Made by a program: the position numbers and the translations under genes. The notes under the pieces were generated by a model. It did not search any database. It saw only the letters and a list, made by a program, of their open reading frames with translations, and was not told the origin of the DNA. This document shows, piece by piece, positions 1 to 9,567 of a stretch of DNA of 27,098 nt. Origin of the DNA: a virus (Duplodnaviria > Caudoviricetes); the IMG/VR virus record IMGVR_UViG_3300008113_007930, positions 1 to 27,098 of that record. One strand, given 5' to 3'. Every line of letters starts with the position of its first letter. Within the stretch, counting starts at the first letter, position 1.

Positions 1-1
1 C

Positions 2-802
2 GGCGAAAATGCTTGGCACTGTTGGATATCTGATAAAAAAGGTCGATCTATTTCTAGTTTGTTTAAGCAAATGAACTTGCCTAAACAATATCATGAACAA
101 TTAGAACGCATTGTGCAATCATCTCGTTATCGAACTCAAGAAGAAACAAAACGAGAAAATGCTAGTATACAATTGCCGCAAGATTATATTCCATTATGGA
201 AACCAAAGAAAACTCCTGATTATAGAAATGCAATTTCATATTTAAAAAATCGAGGAGTAACAATGTTTGATATTTTAAAGTATCGAATTGGTTATTGTGA
301 AAACGGAGAATATTCTGGTAAAATAATCATACCAAGTTATGACGATGCGGGACAATTAAATTATTTTGTTAGCCGAGCTTTTTATAAGGCGGATAAACAA
401 AAACATAAGAATCCTAAAATTTCAAAAGATATTATTGGTTTTGATTTAACTATCAATTGGAATGAACCGATTATTCTTTGTGAAGGTGCTTTTGATGCAA
501 TTGCAATAAAACGCAATGCTATTCCATTATTTGGAAAAATCATTCAACCAGCTTTACAAAAAAAGATTATAGAAAAACGAGTACGAGACATTTACATTTG
601 TTTAGATGCCGATGCATTAAAGAATGCAATTCAAATTGCAGAACGATTCATGGCAGAAGGATTAAATGTACATTTCGTAGAATTACAGGATGCAGATGCA
701 TCTGAATTAGGATTCGAACGTATTCGCGAAATATTAAATGATACAGATATTTTAACTTTTGAGGGCATAATGCAACTCAAAATGGGCATGTTATGGACAT
801 AA
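2..802 (+). CDS. DnaG-type DNA primase (T4 gp61-like), 5'-truncated by window edge
   Basis: The frame is open from base 2 (GENAWHCWISDKKGRS..., the end of a CHC2-type zinc finger). It contains YLKNRGV, IIIPSYD and TOPRIM motifs LCEGAFDA and CLDADA. The TTG at 59 in the ORF track is not the real start. Confidence 0.9.
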   Translation, partial: GENAWHCWISDKKGRSISSLFKQMNLPKQYHEQLERIVQSSRYRTQEETKRENASIQLPQDYIPLWKPKKTPDYRNAISYLKNRGVTMFDILKYRIGYCENGEYSGKIIIPSYDDAGQLNYFVSRAFYKADKQKHKNPKISKDIIGFDLTINWNEPIILCEGAFDAIAIKRNAIPLFGKIIQPALQKKIIEKRVRDIYICLDADALKNAIQIAERFMAEGLNVHFVELQDADASELGFERIREILNDTDILTFEGIMQLKMGMLWT

Positions 803-3800
803 GACACATAGACACTAGTATTGAAAAAATTGACAAAATATTCCACATTTCAGATGTGCATATTCGTACATTGAAACGACATAAAGAATATCGTCAAGTA
901 TTTGAAAATTTATTCAATTACATTGAAACTCACGCAACTGAAAATAGTGTTGCAGTAGTTACCGGAGATATCGTTCATAGCAAATTAGATATGTCACCGG
1001 AGCTAGTTCAAATGCTTGTAGATTTTTTCAATGGATTTACAATTCCTACTGTTGTTATTTTAGGTAATCATGATATGAACCTAAATAATATGCACCGTGT
1101 AGATGCAGTCTCGCCTGTCTTAGATGTTATCAAGAATCCTAATATACATTTTATTAAAGAAAATGGTTTATTTGAATTAGGCGGTGCTACATGGAATCAT
1201 ATGGCGGTTGATAAGACACCTGCAGATTATATTCGTGCAAAAGATTTTGATGCTACATATAAAATTGCAATGCACCATGGTGCAGTAAATACTGCTAAAA
1301 CAGATATTGGTTATCAAATATCAAATGAACATGTTGGCGTCGATTTGTTCGAAGGACACGACATTACATTATTAGGAGATATTCATAAACCAGCACAATT
1401 TTTAGATGCCGAAAAACGAATTGCATATCCTGGTTCATTGATTCAACAAAATCATGGCGAAGCATTGATACATGGGATATTAGTTTGGGATCTAGAACGA
1501 TGCACTGCAGATTTTGCTGAAATTGAAAATGAATATGGGTATGTGACAATTGAAACGCAAGGTGCTTCAATTGTCAATGCTCCAGCACGTATGCCACAAC
1601 GTCCTAGGATTCGTATTAAATTTAATGATACTTCTGCGGCAGATATGAAAAAACTTATTGCATCGTTACGCAAAAAGTATTCTGTAGAAGACATTACAAT
1701 TCAAAGAACAATTGGTAGTGCAGCAACTGCAGCTTCTTCATCATTAGCAATAGGCAATGTACGAGATGTTGAATATCAAAATACATTGTTAACAGAATTC
1801 ATTGATAATCATTTTCCACAAGCAACGCCAGCTGAAATCGATGCAATTCGTCATATTAATAGAACTATCAATTCAAAACTACCTGCAGTAGAATCAGTTC
1901 GACACACAACATGGCATCCTATATCTTTTGAATTTGATAACATGTTTTCATATGGCGAAGGTAATATTTTAAATTTTGAAAATCTGCAAGATGTATGTGG
2001 TTTATTTGCCGCAAATACATCTGGTAAGTCTTCATTGCTTGATGCAATTACTTATACTATTTTCGATAAATGTAGTAAAACAGGTAAAGCAAATGAAGTA
2101 TTAAACAATAAAAAAACATGGTTCCGAGGCACATTTAAATTTGAAATGAATGGCACGGTATATACTATTGAAAGACGTGGCACTCAAAATAAGAAAAAAG
2201 AAACACACGTTAAAGTAGATGTTGATTTTTATACTGAATCAGAAAATTTAAATGGAGAAGAGCGTAGTGAGACAAATAAAAATATTCGTCGTTACTTAGG
2301 TACATATGATGATTTTATTTTAACTGCATTTTCGTTGCAAGCTGACAACAATAATTTTATTGAAAAGTCTCAACGAGAAAGAAAAGACTTGCTATCGCAA
2401 TTTTTAGATATTACAGTATTTGAACAACTTTACCAACTTGCTGCAGATGAAATTAAAGAAACTGCAGGTAAATTGAAAGAATACAAGAAAACGGACTTTG
2501 CACAAATTATAATAGAAGCTGATGCTATTATAAATGAAAACCATGATACTATTCAATCATTAGAAACTGAAGAAGATAAATTGCAAGAATATAGAAATGA
2601 CTTACAAAATCGAATCGTTGAACTTATTGAATCTAAACTTCCAACTACATATGATGGTCCAGATATTAAAATATTAGAACAACAAGAAACTGTATTAGTT
2701 GATAAAATTGAAACGTTACAATCTGATATTGAAACGGCAGAACAAACAATTTTTGAATTGAAGCAACAAAATGCTTCACAAAAGTCTCTTATTCAATCTC
2801 AATACAATTTAACAGAAATACAAACAAATATTGAAACGCATAAAAAACTAATTGAACAGCATAATGATATTAATGCGCGCATAAAAGAACAACAAGGAAT
2901 AATTGATGCAAAAGAACGAAAAATTAAGCATCTTGAATCTCATGAATATGATCCGAACTGCAAATACTGTACATCTAACGTTTTTGTGCAAGATGCAATC
3001 GAAGCCCAGGATACGATTGATCAAGATAGAGCAATATTAACAGAATTAGAACGACAGTTTGATGAATTAGAAACAGAAATAGAATTAGTTTCAATATATC
3101 AAGTTCAATATGATGAATTAACACAATATTCTCAGACTATTAAATCAACAGCAACTAATATTGAACGAAAAGAACTTCAACTACAACTTGCAGAATCTGA
3201 ATTACAAACTCGAGAATCTGAATTAGAAACGGTATTAGAACGACAAGATTTATTTAGAAAAAATGAAACAGCAATCAGCCATAACAAATTAATTGATACT
3301 AAAATTACTTTATGTAAAGATGATATTGAAATGTATACGGAAGACATAAAAGAAATTCAATCACAAATTAAATCACTCTTCGGCGCAATTGAAGTTGCAA
3401 AAACTAAACGCAGCACAGCAATGACGCAATTAGATTCATATCGTCAACTTGAAACTGAATATAAAGCATATGAATATTATTTAGATGCAGTGAAGCGCGA
3501 TGGCGTACCTTATGAAATAGTTGCAAAAGCTCTTCCTAAAATTGAATCTGAAATAAATAATGTACTCAATCAAATAGTTGATTTCAATATGGTATTGAAT
3601 ACGGATGGTAAAAATATTAATGGATATATTATTTACGATGAAGATAACTATTGGCCATTAGAATTAACAAGTGGCATGGAACGATTTATTTCATCTTTAG
3701 CAATTCGCATAGCACTTATCAATGTATCTGCATTACCTCGTCCAAATTTTATTGCAATTGATGAAGGTTGGGGAAGTTTAGATTCAGAACACATCTCATC

Positions 3801-3942
3801 AGTAGTAAATTTATTTGATTATTTCAGAACTAAATTTGATTTCTCAATTATTATTTCACACGTTGATTCTATGCGTGATATGGTTGATAATTTAATCGAA
3901 GTAAACAAGACAAACGGTTTTAGCCAGATTCATCACTCGTAA
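793..3942 (+). CDS. Fused Mre11/SbcD-type nuclease + Rad50/SbcC-type ABC ATPase (T4 gp47+gp46 equivalent)
   Basis: N-terminal metallophosphoesterase motifs: SDVH, GDIVH, GNHD, HHG, GDIHK, YPGS. These are followed by Walker A AANTSGKSS, a long coiled coil with central CKYC zinc hook, signature-like TSGMERF, Walker B/D-loop IAIDEGWGSLD and H-loop IISH. Confidence 0.93.
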   Translation: MDIRHIDTSIEKIDKIFHISDVHIRTLKRHKEYRQVFENLFNYIETHATENSVAVVTGDIVHSKLDMSPELVQMLVDFFNGFTIPTVVILGNHDMNLNNMHRVDAVSPVLDVIKNPNIHFIKENGLFELGGATWNHMAVDKTPADYIRAKDFDATYKIAMHHGAVNTAKTDIGYQISNEHVGVDLFEGHDITLLGDIHKPAQFLDAEKRIAYPGSLIQQNHGEALIHGILVWDLERCTADFAEIENEYGYVTIETQGASIVNAPARMPQRPRIRIKFNDTSAADMKKLIASLRKKYSVEDITIQRTIGSAATAASSSLAIGNVRDVEYQNTLLTEFIDNHFPQATPAEIDAIRHINRTINSKLPAVESVRHTTWHPISFEFDNMFSYGEGNILNFENLQDVCGLFAANTSGKSSLLDAITYTIFDKCSKTGKANEVLNNKKTWFRGTFKFEMNGTVYTIERRGTQNKKKETHVKVDVDFYTESENLNGEERSETNKNIRRYLGTYDDFILTAFSLQADNNNFIEKSQRERKDLLSQFLDITVFEQLYQLAADEIKETAGKLKEYKKTDFAQIIIEADAIINENHDTIQSLETEEDKLQEYRNDLQNRIVELIESKLPTTYDGPDIKILEQQETVLVDKIETLQSDIETAEQTIFELKQQNASQKSLIQSQYNLTEIQTNIETHKKLIEQHNDINARIKEQQGIIDAKERKIKHLESHEYDPNCKYCTSNVFVQDAIEAQDTIDQDRAILTELERQFDELETEIELVSIYQVQYDELTQYSQTIKSTATNIERKELQLQLAESELQTRESELETVLERQDLFRKNETAISHNKLIDTKITLCKDDIEMYTEDIKEIQSQIKSLFGAIEVAKTKRSTAMTQLDSYRQLETEYKAYEYYLDAVKRDGVPYEIVAKALPKIESEINNVLNQIVDFNMVLNTDGKNINGYIIYDEDNYWPLELTSGMERFISSLAIRIALINVSALPRPNFIAIDEGWGSLDSEHISSVVNLFDYFRTKFDFSIIISHVDSMRDMVDNLIEVNKTNGFSQIHHS

Positions 3943-3955
3943 TATTTATATAAAA
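3942..3955 (+). promoter_or_regulatory. ATATTTATW intergenic motif (putative late promoter)
   Basis: ATATTTATATAAAA; the core TATTTAT starts 26 nt before ATG 3969. It recurs before 10 genes. Confidence 0.65.
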
Positions 3956-3968
3956 GAATATATCGTGC

Positions 3969-6416
3969 ATGAAACGCAAAGAAGCTGTTTATAGAGGTTT
4001 AGAGTTTATTGATGTTTATTTTAATGATACATCAGCAACGTCGACGGAATATTTTCAAATATCTGAATTTCCATTACGATTAACTTCAGGAAAAAATCTA
4101 TTTAAACTTCGAGGACATCCCACGAATTTAAAAGTAGGCGGCGTTTTAAATTTTGAAGTTTTAGATTATAATGGTGTTCCTATATATTCGCAAGTTATTG
4201 ATTATATTGATGAAGATAAAAGTCGCGTAATTGCAATTTATGTGTATGAAGATACATCTCCTGGTGATTGTACTATTACATTATTAGCAGAAGCATCTAC
4301 TATTAATGGTTTACCAGTGCCACAAGAATGGCAAGGCCGGGCGAATGTTAAATGGACTAAAACAATACCAGTTAATCCAAATGTTTCAAATACGTCGGAA
4401 ATTATTTTTGAACAAGAACCTATAGTTACTGTACAAGAATTAATTGGAGTACAATTAGATAGAACATTTCCTGGAGGAGTTCAGTTTCCTACATACTCAA
4501 CAGGTACTGTAAGATTCTTTTCATATAACAATCAGCCGGCAGTAGAAATACAAGGAGGAACATTTACAAGTGATATGTCTACAGGGACTATTACCGTTAC
4601 AACTCCGATTAATCCTACGCCTACGCCTAATTACAACATATCTACAACGCCATATGTATCTACGATTAAAAAGATATTAAACCCAACAACGGCTTTATTA
4701 GATCGAGAATATACGGTTTTAAGTAGCCAAAGTATATTTCCTCATACATATAATGAATTTGCTAATTCGTCGTTTTCATTAACATATGAAGTAACCCCAA
4801 CATATGTTGAAACAGAAAATTCTCAATCATTTGCATTTATCGAAGTACAAGGTTTAGAGCCAGCAACTGGCGATGTTTCTAGAGTTAAAGTATTTACTAA
4901 TAATAACGGTACAGTTGGAACATGGGAATTAGTTAATGATATTGAATTAGAAGAAACAGAAATATTTGTTCCTAGTACATCATCATTATATCCAGATAAA
5001 TCAATAGGAGTATTTACATCTCAAAGTATTATCGATACATATTGGCAAGGTAAATCATATAATGGAACCCAAATATTAGCTCCTGCAACATTAACATGGA
5101 CGACTGCTTCTATAGAAAATGGAATGTTAATTACATCTAGTTCACTAAATTTAGATGCAACAAATCAAGTTTTAATAGCACAAATTAAATCTAATTATGC
5201 TGGAGTATTTTTAGCAAGTTCTTCTTATAAAGTATCATTAGATGCAATTGGAACATCGATTAGTAATGAACCTGCAAAATTATCTATATATTTATCTGGT
5301 AGTAGTTTTGTACAAAATACCACTGATATATTTAATCAAGAATTTTCTACTAAGTTAGGAAAACGGGTAGGAGAAATAACAATTGCAGGAACTCAACAAC
5401 GTTTTGATGATAAAACATTTAGTTTTGAAGCAGACAATTCCGGCAATGCTACGTTATTATTAGTAGTAGAAGCTGGCCAATGGATAGTATCAGATATACA
5501 TGTTACATCAGATAATGATGCTGGATATACTCCTAATTACACAAGAATTAAATCTTATATAAATACAACACATAAAATTAACAATCAGATTAATTTTAAA
5601 GTTGAATATTACAATGTTAATGGCGAAAAGAGCAAACAAATATCATATGTAAATAACAAAGATTGGCAAGGCGGTAATCGTTATATCGATGGCGATTATT
5701 CAATGCTTACTGGTTCATTGTATGTTGCAGATTCATTGAATAGCGGAGTAGCAATTAGTGGATATCCTAATTCTGGATTTGTAAGATCATTAGGATATGA
5801 AGGCTTCGATGCAGGATTTCCAGGATTCTTATTATGGTCCGGATCAGCTATGCCAGGCCAAACATCTAAAGGACAACCTTATTCAGGCGTTGGTTTAGAA
5901 CTTTATGCTAATACTGCAAGTTATTTTAGATATGCAACTTCAGGTTCAGAAATTGATGTTCGAACAGACAAATTCTTTTTTGGAAATCCATTAACAACAT
6001 TTATAAGTGGTAGTAATGGTTTATTACAAATATCTTCAAGTAACTTTCATTTAAAAGCAAATGGCGATGTAACAGCTAGTAATGCAGATATAGCCGGCGT
6101 TGCTCAAGCAAATGTCATTCGACAAAAATCAGTAACAATTACTTCAGCAAATTCAGCATCATATTTACAACCGTTAGGTACCGGTCTTGTTGGAGATCCT
6201 TTTCTTTATAATTTACGTTTAGATGGAGCATTAGGCGGACAACAAATACAGCGAGTGATATTTGATGTAGATATACCATTTAGTAGACCTTTAGCAGGAT
6301 TTTATTTGCCGAATATTACTACAGGGCAATCTGGATTTGTATACATTGAAATAGCAGTAAGTCGATCAGTTCATATTGATGATACAATCGGTGATATGGG
6401 AGCTGCAGCAAAATAA
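3969..6416 (+). CDS. Large Ser/Thr/Gly-rich beta-type protein, probable virion structural (baseplate/tail-associated) protein
   Basis: 815-aa ORF with beta-strand-like, S/T/G/N-rich composition and SGS/TGSL motifs shared with the fibre genes at the window end. It is preceded by the late-type motif. No specific family recognised. Confidence 0.55.
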   Translation: MKRKEAVYRGLEFIDVYFNDTSATSTEYFQISEFPLRLTSGKNLFKLRGHPTNLKVGGVLNFEVLDYNGVPIYSQVIDYIDEDKSRVIAIYVYEDTSPGDCTITLLAEASTINGLPVPQEWQGRANVKWTKTIPVNPNVSNTSEIIFEQEPIVTVQELIGVQLDRTFPGGVQFPTYSTGTVRFFSYNNQPAVEIQGGTFTSDMSTGTITVTTPINPTPTPNYNISTTPYVSTIKKILNPTTALLDREYTVLSSQSIFPHTYNEFANSSFSLTYEVTPTYVETENSQSFAFIEVQGLEPATGDVSRVKVFTNNNGTVGTWELVNDIELEETEIFVPSTSSLYPDKSIGVFTSQSIIDTYWQGKSYNGTQILAPATLTWTTASIENGMLITSSSLNLDATNQVLIAQIKSNYAGVFLASSSYKVSLDAIGTSISNEPAKLSIYLSGSSFVQNTTDIFNQEFSTKLGKRVGEITIAGTQQRFDDKTFSFEADNSGNATLLLVVEAGQWIVSDIHVTSDNDAGYTPNYTRIKSYINTTHKINNQINFKVEYYNVNGEKSKQISYVNNKDWQGGNRYIDGDYSMLTGSLYVADSLNSGVAISGYPNSGFVRSLGYEGFDAGFPGFLLWSGSAMPGQTSKGQPYSGVGLELYANTASYFRYATSGSEIDVRTDKFFFGNPLTTFISGSNGLLQISSSNFHLKANGDVTASNADIAGVAQANVIRQKSVTITSANSASYLQPLGTGLVGDPFLYNLRLDGALGGQQIQRVIFDVDIPFSRPLAGFYLPNITTGQSGFVYIEIAVSRSVHIDDTIGDMGAAAK

Positions 6417-6424
6417 AGTATTAT

Positions 6425-6886
6425 ATGGGAAGAGTAAAATTACAACAAGGCGGCGTTTATACGATAACTACTCAAGGCAATACTAGCACTACGCCTAGGT
6501 CCATGACTGGAACAGAAGAAATTTTTGAAAAAACGTTTTTAGAAGGCATAAATAATACTGGCTCAATGAAAATTGGCAAATATATAGAAACATCAAACCC
6601 GACATATACACCAACTACAACTGATACATTTATTGCCGTGAATACAACATCAAATGCAGTAACTGTAGTATTACCGGCTGCAAACATTGCTGGAGTTGGT
6701 AGAATTTTTTATATAAAAAAAATCGGCGGCGCAAACACATTAACACTTAATCCATCTGGTACAACACCGATTGATGGAGCTTTAACAAGAGCTACAACAG
6801 ATGCATCGTCATCGATACAATTATATTCAACTGGCGATACTACAAAAGGATATTATATAATATCTGCATATGGTTCTTGGACATAA
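6425..6886 (+). CDS. Thr/Gly-rich putative virion protein with fibre-type C-terminal module
   Basis: 153 aa. The pattern DTFIAVNTTSNAVTVVLPAA...GRIFYIKK...TLNPSGTTPIDG resembles small beta modules common at the ends of phage fibre proteins. Confidence 0.5.
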   Translation: MGRVKLQQGGVYTITTQGNTSTTPRSMTGTEEIFEKTFLEGINNTGSMKIGKYIETSNPTYTPTTTDTFIAVNTTSNAVTVVLPAANIAGVGRIFYIKKIGGANTLTLNPSGTTPIDGALTRATTDASSSIQLYSTGDTTKGYYIISAYGSWT

Positions 6887-6887
6887 T

Positions 6888-6901
6888 ATATTTATATAAA
6901 A
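6888..6901 (+). promoter_or_regulatory. ATATTTATW intergenic motif (putative late promoter)
   Basis: ATATTTATATAAAA, identical to the copy at 3942; core 23 nt before ATG 6912. Confidence 0.65.
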
Positions 6902-6911
6902 CGGAAACACG

Positions 6912-7193
6912 ATGAATAAAATAACAGTTTTATTTCCTGGCGGATTTAAACCTTTAACGGGAGCACATTTAGCATTAGCACAACGCTATGCTCAACATCC
7001 CGAAGTGGAACGAGTAATTCTTTTAATTGGTCCAAAAGAACGAGAAGGTATTACTAGAGATAAAACTATTGAATTATTCAATATTTTAAATTCAAATCCT
7101 AATGTAGAAATACAACCTACTTTGATAAATATATTACAATTGGCGACAAAAAAGGTCGACAAATGCCAGCTGGGATTGATGCAACGGAATTAA
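6912..7193 (+). CDS. N-terminal half of a cytidylyltransferase-like (HIGH-superfamily) domain; frame broken near 7120-7154
   Basis: VLFPGGFKPLTGAH is a (T/H)xGH-type motif variant. The matching C-terminal ISATxxR motif lies in the next (-1) frame. Confidence 0.75.
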   Translation: MNKITVLFPGGFKPLTGAHLALAQRYAQHPEVERVILLIGPKEREGITRDKTIELFNILNSNPNVEIQPTLINILQLATKKVDKCQLGLMQRN

Positions 7194-8785
7194 GTGTAGA
7201 CGTCGATCCATTGTCATATAAAAATGGAGAACCTATTTCCGCAACTGTAGTAAGAAATGCATTAGCATCAGACAATTACGAAGCATTTCGAGCATCATAT
7301 CCAAATAATAATGATGCTGAAGTTAAAAATGCTTGGCAAATACTTAAAGGTGTTCAAGAAGCTGCTACATTTTCTAAAGATTGGTGGACGAATGAATTGC
7401 AAGAAGAAATTGAAGAAGTATTTGCAGCTACAATGAATAAAGCTGAAACTCAACGACATAAAAAGAAAATTAATAAACTAAATAAATTTTTAGATCGTCA
7501 AGGTGATGAATCATTTGTTTATGATTTTGATGAATTCCCGAAAACAGTGATGGGCGCTGTTTTAACTGAAGGAGGCGCTGCAGGACATATGGCACATCCA
7601 TATGACGACCATGGATTAACTTTCAATGATATTAAAGAAATTATTTCTCGCGGATTAGAAGGACGTTTAGATATCGAAGCAGCGGTTACTGAAAAGACTG
7701 ATGGTCAAAACATTCAAGTTACGTGGAAAGACGGACAAATCGGATTTGCTAGAAATAAAGGTACTGTAATTAATCCAATGTCAGTGCAAGAAATTCAAGC
7801 AAAATTTGATAATAGAGGCCCTATATCAGATGCATTCGGAGGGGCAGCGGAAGATTTATCTGAAGCATTTAATAAAGTTAATCCAGCTACTCTAAATCAA
7901 ATATTTAAAAATGGCCGCGTATTTGCTAACATGGAAATTATTTATCCTGCAACTAAAAATGTTATTTCATATGAAGTTGCAGTATTACAATTTCATAATT
8001 TAGTTGAATATGATGAACAAGCAAATATTGTTCAAACTGATTTAACTGGGGGTGCTACAGTACAACGCATTATACAAGATGCAAATGCACATCTTCAAAA
8101 AACATTTTCATTTATTCCGCCACAACAAATTAAAATGGGTAGAATATCTAATTTTGAAGATCAACAAGCTGCATTTTTTAATGAAGTAGATCAATTACGT
8201 AATCGATATAATTTAAAAGATACTGATCGAGTTACTGAATATCATAAAGCATGGTGGAGAGATGTTATTCAATCAAAAGCTAAACAAGTAGGATATGAAA
8301 TTCCGGAAGATATTTTAACGGCATTAATTTATCGCTGGGGCTTCTTTGATAAATCTGCAAATTTAACTGGACTTAAAAAACAAATAACGAATCCAGAATT
8401 TTTAAATTGGGTGTTAGATTTTGATAAAAAAGAATTCAAACAATATTATAAACAAAACATGGAACCGTTTGAAACTATCTTTTTAAGATTAGGCGCGGTG
8501 GTTTTAAAAAATGCTACAAATTTCTTAGCAGCAAATCCATCAAAGTCAGTACAAGAAATCAAACAAGAAATGGCACAACTGATTCGAGATTTACAAAACA
8601 ATCCAAACCCTGATACAATTTCTAAATTAGAACAAGAATTAAAACGCATAGAGCGATTAGGTGGGTTTGATGCAATTGTACCATCAGAAGGTGTAGTATT
8701 TACATATGGCGGCAATACATATAAATTAACAGGTGCATTTGCTCCAGTTAATCAGATACTAGGAGTATTGAAATACGCACGTTGA
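7163..8785 (+). CDS. C-terminal part of the cytidylyltransferase-like domain fused to an ATP-dependent ligase-like nucleotidyltransferase domain; probably one gene with 6912..7193
   Basis: PISATVVRNAL (SxTxxR motif), then EGGAAGHMAHPYD, motif I EKTDGQN (KxDG), motif IV SEGVVF and motif V-like YKLTG. The frame is open upstream to 7103. Confidence 0.7.
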   Translation: MPAGIDATELSVDVDPLSYKNGEPISATVVRNALASDNYEAFRASYPNNNDAEVKNAWQILKGVQEAATFSKDWWTNELQEEIEEVFAATMNKAETQRHKKKINKLNKFLDRQGDESFVYDFDEFPKTVMGAVLTEGGAAGHMAHPYDDHGLTFNDIKEIISRGLEGRLDIEAAVTEKTDGQNIQVTWKDGQIGFARNKGTVINPMSVQEIQAKFDNRGPISDAFGGAAEDLSEAFNKVNPATLNQIFKNGRVFANMEIIYPATKNVISYEVAVLQFHNLVEYDEQANIVQTDLTGGATVQRIIQDANAHLQKTFSFIPPQQIKMGRISNFEDQQAAFFNEVDQLRNRYNLKDTDRVTEYHKAWWRDVIQSKAKQVGYEIPEDILTALIYRWGFFDKSANLTGLKKQITNPEFLNWVLDFDKKEFKQYYKQNMEPFETIFLRLGAVVLKNATNFLAANPSKSVQEIKQEMAQLIRDLQNNPNPDTISKLEQELKRIERLGGFDAIVPSEGVVFTYGGNTYKLTGAFAPVNQILGVLKYAR

Positions 8786-8786
8786 T

Positions 8787-8801
8787 ATATTTATATTAAA
8801 A
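8787..8801 (+). promoter_or_regulatory. ATATTTATW intergenic motif (putative late promoter)
   Basis: ATATTTATATTAAAA; core 26 nt before ATG 8814. Confidence 0.65.
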
Positions 8802-8813
8802 TTGGATAATAAA

Positions 8814-9554
8814 ATGGCTGAAAAACATAAAAGCAAATATAAAGCACCAAAAGATTTAGAAAAATCACAAAAACCAAAATCTAGAAAAGATCTTAAAGAT
8901 TACACACTGGATGATAAGGATGGTAAATTAAACCCAAAATCTACTGGTGAAAAGGCATTAGGATTACGTAAAACAGATAAGCCGATGCAAGATGATGGCA
9001 AGATGTATCCAAAATATAATGCAGATGATCGTCTTTATAAAGATATTGAAGAAGGCGAATATGATCCTAAGGATGCTGCAAAAAAAATGAAAAAACGTGT
9101 TGAAACTGAAAAGAAAGATGTAGAAGCTGTGTTAAAAGATAAAATTGAAAATTTAACATCTGAACAAAAAGAACGTTTAGTTCGAGAATATATACGTAGA
9201 AAAATTGCAAAAGTTTTACAAGAAAGTACATTAAACGAACAACCTGCAGACGATGCAGCAGCACCAGAAGACGAAACTGCCGAAACACCGGACGCAGTAG
9301 CAACACCAGACGCAGCAGCACCTGCAGCACCTGCTACAACAGCAGCTGCACCTGCAGAAACGCCAACTATTAATATTACTGCTAAAGATTTAGAGCAATT
9401 AACACAAGGCGGTACTGTTACAAAAGTAAAAAAATTAAATGGAATTTTAGATAAATTAATGCAAGATAGTGATACTGCAGATGTAAGATCATTTTATCAA
9501 TTATTAGCTAGGTTATCTATTAAAAAAATGCGATCTGTACAAGCAGAAAAATAA
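8814..9554 (+). CDS. Highly charged hypothetical protein with Ala/Pro/Asp/Thr-rich linker; possible internal head protein
   Basis: ATG 8814 (MAEKHK) fits the motif spacing better than TTG 8802. Lys/Asp-rich N-terminus, VREYIRRKIAKVLQES helix and a low-complexity linker. Confidence 0.7.
   Translation: MAEKHKSKYKAPKDLEKSQKPKSRKDLKDYTLDDKDGKLNPKSTGEKALGLRKTDKPMQDDGKMYPKYNADDRLYKDIEEGEYDPKDAAKKMKKRVETEKKDVEAVLKDKIENLTSEQKERLVREYIRRKIAKVLQESTLNEQPADDAAAPEDETAETPDAVATPDAAAPAAPATTAAAPAETPTINITAKDLEQLTQGGTVTKVKKLNGILDKLMQDSDTADVRSFYQLLARLSIKKMRSVQAEK
9243..9365 (+). repeat. Low-complexity coding repeat (GCA/CCT/CCA-rich; PADDAAAP...PAAPATTAAAPA)
   Basis: Repeated cctgcag/gcagcacc units encode an Ala/Pro linker. 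Confidence 0.6.
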
Positions 9555-9567
9555 AAAGTTATAATAT

